Both the position numbers and the translations under genes were made by a program. A DNA stretch of 64,000 bases, taken from NCBI GenBank assembly GCA_963824385.1, contig CAWGPD010000004.1, positions 1-64,000 of the forward strand, written 5' to 3'. This stretch comes from an uncultured Nitrososphaerota archaeon. Lineage in GTDB: Archaea > Thermoproteota > Nitrososphaeria > Nitrososphaerales > Nitrosopumilaceae. Under the pieces are notes generated by a model. The model worked only from the letters and a program-made list of their open reading frames with translations. It had not been told where the DNA came from and ran no database searches. Below are positions 19,759 through 29,758 of this stretch, piece after piece. Position 1 is the first letter of the stretch, and each line of letters begins with the position of its first letter.

Positions 19759-19926
19759 CTAATTTAGAAGAATCTCTCTTGTGATATGACTACATTCCAT
19801 GTGAACCTGTTCATCGCTTGCTCTTCTACAGTGAGCGCATACAAACTGGTTTACTACTTTACATACGGTGCAATGTTGAAATTCCTGCATGATTACACCG
19901 CAGTTTCTACATGAATCTTTTCGCAT
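19759..19926 (-). CDS. 55-aa triple-CxxC zinc-binding microprotein
   Basis: Manual translation MRKDSCRNCGVIMQEFQHCTVCKVVNQFVCAHCRRASDEQVHMECSHITREILLN*. Confidence 0.7.
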   Translation of the reverse strand: MRKDSCRNCGVIMQEFQHCTVCKVVNQFVCAHCRRASDEQVHMECSHITREILLN

Positions 19927-20192
19927 ATGTGTAATTTCTATAACTTTCTTTATAAATTATAGTAATGATTGTCTTGACACACAGGTGTAATATTTTGACC
20001 AATTTATTGGTTTTATAGGTTGTTTCTACAATTATACCACCTGAAGGTAAAGTGTAAAAACGTACTTTTCCTGTCCACACATGAGGTCTTAGGATATCTC
20101 AAGATTTTCAATGTCATATTTAAGACATCAGTTAACATTGTTACTGAACAAGGTATCACAATTCTTTATATCAACTTTCCAGCAATTACAAC

Positions 20193-20729
20193 ATGAATAC
20201 ACAAAGTCTAGTAGCGCACAAAAAGTTGCTTGCTATCATAATTGGTGTGGCAATAATTGCTACAGCAGGAATGTCAGCAGCATCAGCACAAACTAGTCCG
20301 TCAGGTCATACAAGACCAACAATCACTGGTTCAATCAATATTGAACAGACACTCATGTCAAAAGTGACAGTAACTTTCGCTGCTGCCTCAACAACTGCAG
20401 CAGGTGGTTCAACTGCATCACCAATTACAGGTGGACAAGTGATTAGTGGTAGCTTGAAACCAATGCAAGGATATCTAGTATATGCATTCAAAGTAATTGA
20501 TAGCAACAACAAGGTATATTCCGTAATTGTTGATCCTTCAAGTGGAGCAGTACTATATGCTTCAACAGGTCATACATTCCATGGATTTGGAATGGGCGGT
20601 CATGGCATGGGTCACGCAAGAGGCATGATGCATGGACACCATATGGGTGCCGGTGCATGGAAATCACAAAATGCCACATCAAGCACAACAACCAATCCAG
20701 CTGACTGGACTACAAACGGATTACAATAA
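20193..20729 (+). CDS. Secreted PepSY-like protein with Gly/His/Met-rich tail (copy 2)
   Basis: Near-identical to 11395-11895 over the signal peptide and core. Confidence 0.7.
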   Translation: MNTQSLVAHKKLLAIIIGVAIIATAGMSAASAQTSPSGHTRPTITGSINIEQTLMSKVTVTFAAASTTAAGGSTASPITGGQVISGSLKPMQGYLVYAFKVIDSNNKVYSVIVDPSSGAVLYASTGHTFHGFGMGGHGMGHARGMMHGHHMGAGAWKSQNATSSTTTNPADWTTNGLQ

Positions 20730-20865
20730 TAATCCAAAAATCTTTTTATCTTTTTTCTTTTCATTCTTAAATTAATTTTAATATTGTTGATACTTGATGT
20801 GACATACTAGTTCAGTCAATTAAAATCTCTCATGTCCTTTTATCCACAGAAGTATAATCTCGGTA

Positions 20866-21048
20866 TTGAGAATTGAAGTTATAACGATGCATGACCAGTT
20901 GGAATTTGTAACATCTGTCAACAAAGCAATCTCAGATGGAAAATACGTAAAAGATGTCAAATATTCTCATAGTTTTGACAAAGACAACAAAGCAGTATAT
21001 TCTGCCATGATTTTATCATACGAATATCAGGAATTGGAACAAAGATAG
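20866..21048 (+). CDS. Small hypothetical protein
   Basis: 60-aa ORF convergent with polB. Confidence 0.5.
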   Translation: MRIEVITMHDQLEFVTSVNKAISDGKYVKDVKYSHSFDKDNKAVYSAMILSYEYQELEQR

Positions 21049-21055
21049 ACTAAAT

Positions 21056-23607
21056 CTATTTCCAAAAGAATTGGTCCAATCCAGTTTGCTTGGGAGCGCC
21101 AATTAGGCTTGCAAAATCAAGGTCCATCGAAGATAGAATCTGGTCAAACGTACTTTCCATAAACTCCATGTATTTTGGAGTGTCAATCTCGTCTGGCCGT
21201 GCCATCTCTACAGGTTTTACTCCGGGCTTGTTGATGATTTTCACATATGATATGATATCTCCTTTTTTTATCTCTCTGGTTTGTTCCAATAATTTTGCTG
21301 CCCTAATGTGCTGTGGAATGGTCTTGACATATTCTGATGGGGCTTTGCTTATCATGACATTAAACGCAAGGTCTGTCAATGGAATTTGTTTTGCCTTTAA
21401 TCTCTTGGCATATCCTGATATCATGTCACCAATTTTTGCCTTGGATTGTGAGAACTCTTGCTCGTTCTGAACTTGGGACAATATGTCCAATATCTCATAA
21501 AACAAATGTCTGATAAATGGGGGAGTATGTGATTTCTTTCCTGTTAGACCCTTGACATCAACCTTGCCATCTTTTTGTACTCCTAGATAATTTTTCTTTC
21601 GTGTACTAAATACCACATAACGATATTCTTTATCCAAATCCAGGTCAACACCAAATTCTGTCTTTGCCCAATCAACTACTTGCTGTACTTGTTCCCTTGA
21701 TGGGGCTTTTAAAAATAATGAATCAGTATCTCCGTACAATACCTCGATTCCAGTTGACTTGCATTTCTCAATTGTTTCTAAAATGGTATATCGTCCAACT
21801 GCTGTTGTTGCTTCAGCAACTGGTAAACAGTACAATGGAAATATTTCTGCCCCCATTACACCATACTTGCATTTAAAATAACTTTGAGCGCTTGACTGAC
21901 AACGGTATACAATTGCTTTTGATCTGCAGAAAGACTTGGGTTTTTGGACAAACTCTTGTAATAGTTGACACGCAAGTCTCGCAGAGAACCAATAAGCATG
22001 GCAGTAAGCCCATTCTTCTTGGTACATACCCAGTGACTTGTTCCTGGAATGGTGTTTTTTTTACATTCGTCATGGGTACAGCGTACTGTCTCATAGGACA
22101 AGTTTCTCACTTTGATTATACTTGGATACAGACTGGCAAAGTCCATCACGGAGACATTAAAGTGAATTCCCTCTGTTGGTTCTACAACTAGCCCTCCACG
22201 ATATTTTTTGTCTTTTATTACTGCTTCAGTAGATGCAGTTCCTGATTTTAGGTCAAGTTCATCCCTTCTTGGAATCAAAAAGTTGTGTTTTCTGTGTTCA
22301 TAATAAAACAGACTACGAATCCACTGTGAGACTCCCATCCTTGATATGTCATCAATTGGCATTCTTCCAATCCTTGTAATTACAACAAGTAGATTCATCA
22401 AAAGATCATTGTTAAAACTGGTAAGCTTTTGCGTTATTCTTGCATCATTAAAACAATAGTTTGCCAATTCGTAAAATGACAAATCTTCCAATTCGCCTTC
22501 ATACTCTGTCTTTGATTCTTCGATGAGTCCTTCACAGATGCTGTTTAGCGAAAAATCATTGTACTTGTGCGAGAACGCATAGATTTGAAATGAACGATTA
22601 GAAAATGCGCGATACAAGTCAATATGTACTCCTTTTTTCAGAGTGGCAGAATCACGCATCATTATTAGCGGAATCTCTTTTAGTGGAACACCTAGGCGTT
22701 CTGCTCTGTTATACATAAACGGCATATCAAAATCATCTCCGTTAAATGTCATGACAAATGGATAACTTTCTAAAATTTTGAACGCGTCTTTTATCATGTC
22801 TGCTTCCTTGTCTTCTTCATAAAAAGAAATTTTGACCCCTTCTGGAAGTTCGTTTGTTCCCATCGGACGTCCTGCCCTTTTTAGAACAAAGACTGCCTTG
22901 AAATCATCACTTGCACAAAATCCTATCGCCGTAATTTTTTTATCTGCAATTTTTGCATCTGGAAGTCTACCTGTCTCAGATTCTACCTCTATATCAAAGG
23001 TAATTCGTTTTATGTTGGGTATGGGTTGGTTGAGAAGGTTTGCCCATTCGCTTATGTGGTCTTGAAATTCTTTGGAATCGATAATTCCCATGTTTGTTAC
23101 TTTGTCAAACAGCAGACCTTTGAGTGCAAGTTGAACCTCGTCTGGTATGGGATAATCATATTCTTTGAGTTTGCCTTCTTCAACACTGTAATATCTTCCA
23201 ACAATTAGAGAATTATCATACAAATAATTTTCATAATATTTTATGTCAGATTCCCACGTCTCCATCATATTTCGTATGCTCTTGTCAGTCTGGGTTCCAC
23301 CAATTGCAAGCGGATCTGATACCGTGATTTTTGTAATATTGATCATTCTATCTTTTAGCAAGTCTTGTCGTTGTACTCGTTCTAGTTTTATGACATCAGT
23401 TCTACTTGACAGAAATTTTAATTCTTCAGGATCTAATTTTGAGTAACAATATGGTTTGTGGCCTGTATTGTCTGACCAGAGTTTTAGTGTCTGGGATTTT
23501 GGTTCATAAAATTTCAGTACTGCGCATTTTTTCATTCCATCATATGATGCAGAGACAAGTAGTGCAGGTGGCATTGTAGTGGTTACTTCTTCTACTGCGT
23601 TTGACAT
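21056..23607 (-). CDS. polB: Family B DNA polymerase; apparent 1-nt deletion near 21866 splits the ORF
   Basis: Exo I FDIEV, Exo II FNGDDFD, motif A DFASLYPS, motif B KVILNAS|YG broken by the frameshift, motif C YGDTDS, C-terminal PIP box QTGLDQFF. Confidence 0.93.
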
Positions 23608-23614
23608 TACATCA

Positions 23615-24157
23615 TCACTTGGGTGTTAGATTGGCATTTGGTTCTTCAAGTAATACCTTTATCCAATGATTTATTCTACTTCTATCTAAAACTACAACTT
23701 CTAATCCAGCTTCGTGTAATAATTCATAATCTGTTTCAGGGTAACTCCCAAGGCAGACTATTCTTTTGATTCCAATTGTAATGGCCATCTTGCTGCATTC
23801 AAGACATGTAACAAATGTCGTATACAGTGTAGAGTCTTTTGTACCAGATCCTACGCCCAATATGGCACAGTGCATTATTGCATTGGCTTCGGCATGATTG
23901 CACAAACATCTGTCTAGTCCCTCTCCAGAAGCAATTTTTCCTTCCATGCGAAGCTGGCATCTCTTACAGCCTCCTTCAAAACAGTTCTTAACACCAGGGG
24001 GTGTTCCATTATATCCTGTAGCAATCTGCCTATTTCCCCGTACAATGACTGCTCCTACCTGTCTTGTAATGCAGTTAGAACGTAATTTTGCAAGTTCTGC
24101 CTGAAGCATGAAGTATTCATCCCAGGTGGGACGATCAAATATCTTGTTCACAGTCAA
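23615..24157 (-). CDS. dCMP deaminase family protein
   Basis: RPTWDEYFM, RQVGAVIV, TGYNG, HAEANA, C..C zinc ligands. Confidence 0.92.
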   Translation of the reverse strand: MTVNKIFDRPTWDEYFMLQAELAKLRSNCITRQVGAVIVRGNRQIATGYNGTPPGVKNCFEGGCKRCQLRMEGKIASGEGLDRCLCNHAEANAIMHCAILGVGSGTKDSTLYTTFVTCLECSKMAITIGIKRIVCLGSYPETDYELLHEAGLEVVVLDRSRINHWIKVLLEEPNANLTPK

Positions 24158-24270
24158 ACTGTATCATGCTTCAATATAAGATTACAAATTTGTGAAAACA
24201 AAAGTAAGCAAAGCTCAGCTCTTAATTTTAAACAAGACTTTTTACCCGAGATTGTCAAATGTGGATATAA

Positions 24271-25773
24271 TTGAGTGATAATTTCGTAGAACATAGATAC
24301 ATCAAAAAATCAAGTATCGAACATAGGGCATATCAAGATAATTTGGCAAAGCAGGCAATCACTGAAAACTGTTTGATTGTCTTACCTACGGGATTGGGAA
24401 AAACAACAGTGGCATTACATGTGATTGCAGAATTTTTGTCTAGAGGAAAAGGAGGAGTGCTGTTTTTAGCGCCAACTAGAGTGCTTGCACACCAGCATTA
24501 TGAATTTTTAAAAAATAATTTGTTGATTGATGATGTGGCATTAGTTACAGGTGAAGACCTTATTGCCAAACGAAAAAAACTTTGGATTAATAGTGTCATA
24601 TGTGCAACTCCTGAAATTGTAAAAAATGATTTAGACAGACAGATTGTATCGCCAGAACAGTTTTCGTTGGTCATATTTGATGAGGCGCATAGAACAGTAG
24701 GGGATTATGCATATTCTGGAATTGCTGAAAGATTTGCAAACATGAATGTCAGAATAATTGGCATGACTGCAACATTGCCTAGTGAAAAACAAAAAGCAGA
24801 AGATATGGTGAGAATACTAAAAATTGCAAGTATTGCACAGCGAACTGAAGAGAGTCCAGATGTAAGTCCATATGTACAACAGACTGATACACAATGGATT
24901 ACAGTAGAACTTCCACCTGAGATGAAAGAAATCCAGGCTCTGATCAAGGCTACCATAGATTCGCGATATGCTGAATTGAAAAAATTAGGCTTGAATCTTT
25001 CTGGAAACAGGTCCATGTCAGAACTTTTACGTGTACGAGAATTTGTAATACGGCAGAATCGCCGAGCTGCCAAGCCACTCTTTACCGCAATACGATTAAT
25101 TCACGCATTAAATGTCTTTGAATCCCACGGCGTGACATCATTTCTTAGATTCTGTGAAAGAACGCAAGAAAAGAAAGGAGTCGGTATAAGAGATTTATTT
25201 GAAAATGACATGAATTTTGGGAAAGCAGTACGTCTTGCAAAAGAAACACAGGCAAAAGGAATTGAGCATTCCAAAATAGAAAAACTAAAAGAAGTTTTAC
25301 AAGGGATTTCTGGTAAAGCCCTTGTTTTTACTAGCTATAGGGATTCTGTAGATGTAATACACCAAAAATTAAATGAGATGGGAATTTCTGCAGGATTTTT
25401 AATTGGAAAGGCAGGAGAGACTGGGCTTAAACAAAAAAAACAGATAGAAACAATACAGAAATTTCGAGATGGTGAATACAAAGTACTTATTGCAACAAGA
25501 GTTGGAGAAGAAGGTCTTGATATTTCCGAGGTCAATTTGGTGGTATTTTTTGACAATGTCCCAAGCTCGATTCGATATGTTCAAAGAAAAGGTCGAACTG
25601 GAAGAAAAGATTATGGAAAATTGATTGTATTGATTGCAAAAGATACTACCGATGAGACCTATTACTGGATAGGAAAACGTAAAGTTACCGCTGCCAAGGG
25701 CATGGGTGAGAAGATGACCAAATTCCTAGAACAGCAAGAGATGCCAAAGGCAGGGCTTGACTCATTTTTCTAA
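24271..25773 (+). CDS. Hef/Mph1/FANCM-like DEAH helicase without a nuclease domain
   Basis: LPTGLGKT, DEAH, TAT, EEGLDI and QRKGRTGR motifs. Confidence 0.9.
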   Translation: MSDNFVEHRYIKKSSIEHRAYQDNLAKQAITENCLIVLPTGLGKTTVALHVIAEFLSRGKGGVLFLAPTRVLAHQHYEFLKNNLLIDDVALVTGEDLIAKRKKLWINSVICATPEIVKNDLDRQIVSPEQFSLVIFDEAHRTVGDYAYSGIAERFANMNVRIIGMTATLPSEKQKAEDMVRILKIASIAQRTEESPDVSPYVQQTDTQWITVELPPEMKEIQALIKATIDSRYAELKKLGLNLSGNRSMSELLRVREFVIRQNRRAAKPLFTAIRLIHALNVFESHGVTSFLRFCERTQEKKGVGIRDLFENDMNFGKAVRLAKETQAKGIEHSKIEKLKEVLQGISGKALVFTSYRDSVDVIHQKLNEMGISAGFLIGKAGETGLKQKKQIETIQKFRDGEYKVLIATRVGEEGLDISEVNLVVFFDNVPSSIRYVQRKGRTGRKDYGKLIVLIAKDTTDETYYWIGKRKVTAAKGMGEKMTKFLEQQEMPKAGLDSFF

Positions 25774-25843
25774 CATGAAACAGTCACACATTGTATGAAA
25801 TTAAATCACAGTTAAATATCATATGGGCCCCAAGAGCTTTTAG

Positions 25844-26617
25844 TTGAAAATTAAAAATAATATGATTATTTTATTATCGTTTATTGCCATATCATCAATT
25901 GTTTTTCCATCTTATGCTGATACTGGAACAATCACTGCAACATCGGACAAGAGTTCGTATGAGCAAGGGGACAAGGTGACAATCAGTGGTTCAGTTCCAC
26001 AGACAGTAGATGACAATCCAGTCACCATGATCGTACGAAATCCTATAGGCAATGTATACGATGTTGGTCAAGTTGACTTGTCAAACAATCTCTTTGTTCA
26101 TGATTTTGTAATAAGTGATGACTCTATTGGTGGAGATTATACAGTCATTGTAAGATATGACACCCTGTCCACACAGTTTCATTTTACTGTTACCCCTAGT
26201 ACATTAACTATAATTCCAGTACTTGATAACCAAATAACAGTTAGAACAATCGGAACAAATTTGATAAAATATGGTGATGTCTCAGTATCTGCTTCAGAGA
26301 ACAAGATTGCAATTGCAATGAATACCTTTAACGTCACAACAAGTACGGCAGAACAAAAGTATCAAATTCCAAAGGAAATAGTAGATAATGCAGGTGGAGA
26401 GATTACACTTACGGTTGATGGAAATAATGTTCAATGTACTCAAAGTGAAACTGACACCATGCGAATACTTGATTGTTTCATACCTACCGGCTCTAAAGAA
26501 CTCGAATTATCAGGTACATCCGTAATTCCAGAATTTGGTCAATTTGCAGCACTGGCTATTTCCATTGCTATGATTACAGCAATAGCATTGTCGAGAACCA
26601 AAAAGATTTCATTTTAG
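25844..26617 (+). CDS. PEFG-CTERM surface protein
   Basis: Signal peptide, SDKSSYEQGD MG2-like start, C-terminal IPEFG followed by a TM helix and basic tail. Confidence 0.88.
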   Translation: MKIKNNMIILLSFIAISSIVFPSYADTGTITATSDKSSYEQGDKVTISGSVPQTVDDNPVTMIVRNPIGNVYDVGQVDLSNNLFVHDFVISDDSIGGDYTVIVRYDTLSTQFHFTVTPSTLTIIPVLDNQITVRTIGTNLIKYGDVSVSASENKIAIAMNTFNVTTSTAEQKYQIPKEIVDNAGGEITLTVDGNNVQCTQSETDTMRILDCFIPTGSKELELSGTSVIPEFGQFAALAISIAMITAIALSRTKKISF

Positions 26618-26623
26618 GTTTTA

Positions 26624-27139
26624 CTAGTTATGTAAACTTTGGCCTATTGTTATGCACTTTATGGCATCTTTTAATTGTTGAATCTTTGTATGATATTTAG
26701 CAATCTCTTTTTCTGAGAGGTATTTTTCATTCTCAAACTTTTTAACATGAGATTCACATATCCATAAAAATTCAAGATCATATGATATGGAATCCTGATA
26801 ATGGTTTGAAATATCTGATGATGGATTATCTTTCTCAAATTGTATCATTTCTGGCATGCGTTCTACGTTGTTTTTGACAAGATTTAGAAATGAATCAAGC
26901 TCAATTTTTATAGATTTATTGTCTTGAACCTGTTGAGTCCATACTGGTTTTGTTTTATCATGATGAATTAATTCTTGGTGCGACAAGTCTATTCCAAAAG
27001 TTTCCATAACGTCACGTGTGATCTCTTCCCGTACTGTTTCTGACATTTTTATCAATTCATCTGTGGAATTGTTCTTTATCTTCATGTTTGACTTTTTGAT
27101 TATAACATGATACCATGGTATGTTGAAACAATCTAACAA
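26624..27139 (-). CDS. Hypothetical protein
   Basis: Long ORF; true start probably an internal Met. Confidence 0.55.
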   Translation of the reverse strand: MLDCFNIPWYHVIIKKSNMKIKNNSTDELIKMSETVREEITRDVMETFGIDLSHQELIHHDKTKPVWTQQVQDNKSIKIELDSFLNLVKNNVERMPEMIQFEKDNPSSDISNHYQDSISYDLEFLWICESHVKKFENEKYLSEKEIAKYHTKIQQLKDAIKCITIGQSLHN

Positions 27140-27202
27140 ATTGGTTTAGAGATGATTGTTTTTCAAAAGATATTTAACATCAGAGATTATCCGAGATTGT
27201 AT

Positions 27203-27457
27203 ATGATTACATACATTCTTGCAACATGCATTCCAGGAAATGAAAAAGAGGTCATACAAAAAATTAAAGAATTGTCAAATATTGTTGAAGTAAACGGTAT
27301 CATGGGAAAATATGACATATTTGTTAAAATTGCTGCAGACGATGTGACAAAGGTAGATTCCACCATAAGTAAAGTAAGAACTGTTCCACATGTCACAAGT
27401 ACAATCTCAATACCTGTACTTTATGGTCAGGGTGGAACAATTGATGAAGAAAAGTAG
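27203..27457 (+). CDS. Lrp/AsnC ligand-binding domain protein
   Basis: YIL..C.PG.E..V, G.YDIFVK, VTST motifs. Confidence 0.85.
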   Translation: MITYILATCIPGNEKEVIQKIKELSNIVEVNGIMGKYDIFVKIAADDVTKVDSTISKVRTVPHVTSTISIPVLYGQGGTIDEEK

Positions 27458-27571
27458 AATCTGTGCATCTCTCTAGAAATAATCTTTCAGTCCTAGTCCT
27501 CTCAAACATCTTGGATGCTACATAGTTTACTTATCTGTAAAGATTATCTAGATTGGTTCTGCAATTAGAAT

Positions 27572-27967
27572 ATGGATAAGGTAATTGAAGTTGCAGATCC
27601 TGCGAGAATAGACAGGGTACCTGACAAGACAATTGTATTGATGTCTGAAGGAAAATTCTTGGAACGAGGACATCTAGTAAAAAACATTGCCTTGAACCTG
27701 TATGTCCAAAAAAAAGACGAGATTCTTGGACCCTACTCTCTAATCACAGTGCTTGTTGAAACAGATAAAGGAATTATAGAAATGACATATGATGAAGGAT
27801 GGAGAGGTACAAATGCATTGGAAGAAGCAGCCGCGTTTCTTACATCGCATCTGGGCATTTCTGGGCTCATACTACGTTCTATAATACAGTTAGACCAGTC
27901 CACAAACAAAAATAATTTATTGGTCCTAGAATCAGACTATCAAGACCCCGAATATTATGAAATTTGA
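27572..27967 (+). CDS. Hypothetical protein
   Basis: 131-aa ORF. Confidence 0.65.
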   Translation: MDKVIEVADPARIDRVPDKTIVLMSEGKFLERGHLVKNIALNLYVQKKDEILGPYSLITVLVETDKGIIEMTYDEGWRGTNALEEAAAFLTSHLGISGLILRSIIQLDQSTNKNNLLVLESDYQDPEYYEI

Positions 27968-28094
27968 AAGAAAACCAATAGAAATTACTCCTACATGTGC
28001 CATGTGCTCACGTCCTGTAAAGGAACACACTCCAGAACAAATGAAGTTGTGTACTGAAGAAAGAAGAAAATCACTGGGATCTAAAAAAATCTAG
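27957..28094 (+). CDS. 45-aa CxxC-H-C zinc-binding microprotein
   Basis: Manual translation MKFERKPIEITPTCAMCSRPVKEHTPEQMKLCTEERRKSLGSKKI*. Confidence 0.55.
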   Translation: MKFERKPIEITPTCAMCSRPVKEHTPEQMKLCTEERRKSLGSKKI

Positions 28095-28207
28095 TAATGA
28101 AATAATTAGCTGCTTTTGCAAAGTACGAATTAGTTATACATGACAAGTCATAGAAGCATTCCACTTGATTCGTATCTTCGTGTAAAAAAAGGACCGCAAA
28201 ATGATCA

Positions 28208-28399
28208 TTGGTATCTCAGCATCCTTCATTACGTAAATCAACGTATGATTCGTTTGAAATCATATCTTTAGATTGTAAAGTTTCCATATATTATTACAAG
28301 GACGGCACACTTGCAATTCAAGGTGATGAGAAAAATCCTTTTCATCGTAGAATAATACGTCAGACCAACAAACTAATTTCTAAAAAAGACTATCTGTGA
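28208..28399 (+). CDS. Small protein resembling a TBP-like fold; 5' part may be frameshifted from an ATG near 28140
   Basis: VSIYYYKDGTLAIQG resembles the Y.sG.l..QG pattern of RNase HIII N-terminal-like domains. Confidence 0.4.
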   Translation: MVSQHPSLRKSTYDSFEIISLDCKVSIYYYKDGTLAIQGDEKNPFHRRIIRQTNKLISKKDYL

Positions 28400-28480
28400 A
28401 TAAAATGTGTAATTTCTTATCCATTTAGATCTATAGATTCTATATAGATAGTCCTTTTATTCCATGATGCTGTATAATAT

Positions 28481-28710
28481 GCTGTCATCCGACCGACAAA
28501 TGTGAAGACTCGCTTGACAGAAAAGAACTTCAGGTAAGGACTTGATTTTCTTGCAAAGCGGTGTTTGAACATTTCTGGTTAGGGAAGAAGTGTGTGAAAA
28601 CACAATTCTTTAGAAATGAACAACAATGGCAAGGAGGGAAAGGTAGTAGAATGCGTTGGCATGTTATTACTAGGAATTGCTATGTCCACTCAAGGACGGA
28701 TGACATTTTT
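28481..28710 (+). ncRNA. Candidate ~225-nt multi-helix non-coding RNA
   Basis: Terminal stem TGTCATCCG/CGGATGACA, three internal hairpins with G-U pairs, upstream TTTTAT box, downstream T5, no long ORF. Confidence 0.6.
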
Positions 28711-28819
28711 AATATAATTTTGTTTTAGAATTGTTCAATATGTGTTATCCTTTTAGATTCTTAACGATTCTCTACTAACATATTATTACAGATCTTGTCT
28801 ATTTCCCCAATGTTCTACA

Positions 28820-28942
28820 TCAAATCCAAGGCAATTCCCTGCAAATTCTTTTACCATGATGATTTTGCAGATTCTGTTCTTGCAATTCAGAGTGTTCTGT
28901 GAATTTCTGTCTGCAAATTGGGCATTTTGTATTCTGAATCAC
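28820..28942 (-). CDS. Small CPxC-H zinc-binding microprotein (possibly frameshifted)
   Basis: Manual translation MIQNTKCPICRQKFTEHSELQ...; same CxxC-x6-H spacing as 27957-28094. Confidence 0.45.
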   Translation of the reverse strand: MIQNTKCPICRQKFTEHSELQEQNLQNHHGKRICRELPWI

Positions 28943-28979
28943 GACTTACATACAAAAAAGAGTTTATTGAAATTTTCTC

Positions 28980-29639
28980 TTACAGGTCTAACCCACTTGC
29001 ATCTTGGAGTTTTTCTGTGAGCTCAAGATAGGTATACGGGTCTAGCTGTTTTGCAAATCCCTTGTCGATATTGATTAGATATATGGAATGCAGGTGGGCA
29101 TTTAGTATGTCATCTGCATCAATTGGTGGATTTTTATAAAATCTATCTACCAGGGATTTAATTTTCTGAATTTCTTCTGGTTTTCTATCCTTTGGAGGTT
29201 TAAGGAACAATTTTGGAATTGGCAAAATTCCGACAACTGGTGTTGCTAATGCAAATTTTGAGCAATGCTTACTATATCTTGCAATCTTACTTGATATTCT
29301 TGCCACATAGTAGTCTATGGTATCTAGTGCGTGGTCTGGTGGAGTAAATCCTGTTTCAATCTCCATGATAAATGTACCATCACCTTTGGTTGCAAATACA
29401 TCGCAGACTAGAATATTGGAAAGTTGTTTTTCTATATCTACAGTATATCCGTAAGATATGAGATTTGAGGCACAGATTATCTCCAATACTGAATGGTTGA
29501 TTTTGACAAGGTTTTTTTTATATAATTCAATTAGTCTCTCTCTTACAAAATTTATCTTGGCCTTGATTTCAGGAGTCTGTCCGGTTGTTAGTTTTTCAGC
29601 CACAGTGTATACATCTTCAGTAAATTTCTCTAAATCCAA
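28980..29639 (-). CDS. Hypothetical protein with PD-(D/E)XK-like motif
   Basis: CDVFATKG..TFIMEIETG resembles a restriction-endonuclease-like core. Confidence 0.7.
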   Translation of the reverse strand: MDLEKFTEDVYTVAEKLTTGQTPEIKAKINFVRERLIELYKKNLVKINHSVLEIICASNLISYGYTVDIEKQLSNILVCDVFATKGDGTFIMEIETGFTPPDHALDTIDYYVARISSKIARYSKHCSKFALATPVVGILPIPKLFLKPPKDRKPEEIQKIKSLVDRFYKNPPIDADDILNAHLHSIYLINIDKGFAKQLDPYTYLELTEKLQDASGLDL

Positions 29640-29758
29640 AATCTACTATTATCAATCTAGTTTGGGGTTTAAGAGGATAGCTGAAACCTCAGTACGTGAG
29701 ACCCAAAATGAATCATTACATGAATTGTATGACAAACAATACAATCTACGTTAACTGC

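Noticed and set aside
21056..23607. Naturally split or intein-containing PolB
   Set aside because: One added base restores NASYGVMG with no extra sequence or intein motifs, and similar indels occur throughout the window.
28483..28705. MITE defined by 9-bp terminal inverted repeats
   Set aside because: No flanking target-site duplication and no second copy seen in the window. Strand-biased G-U pairing with a promoter and U-tract favours an RNA gene, though a genome-wide search is needed to exclude it fully.
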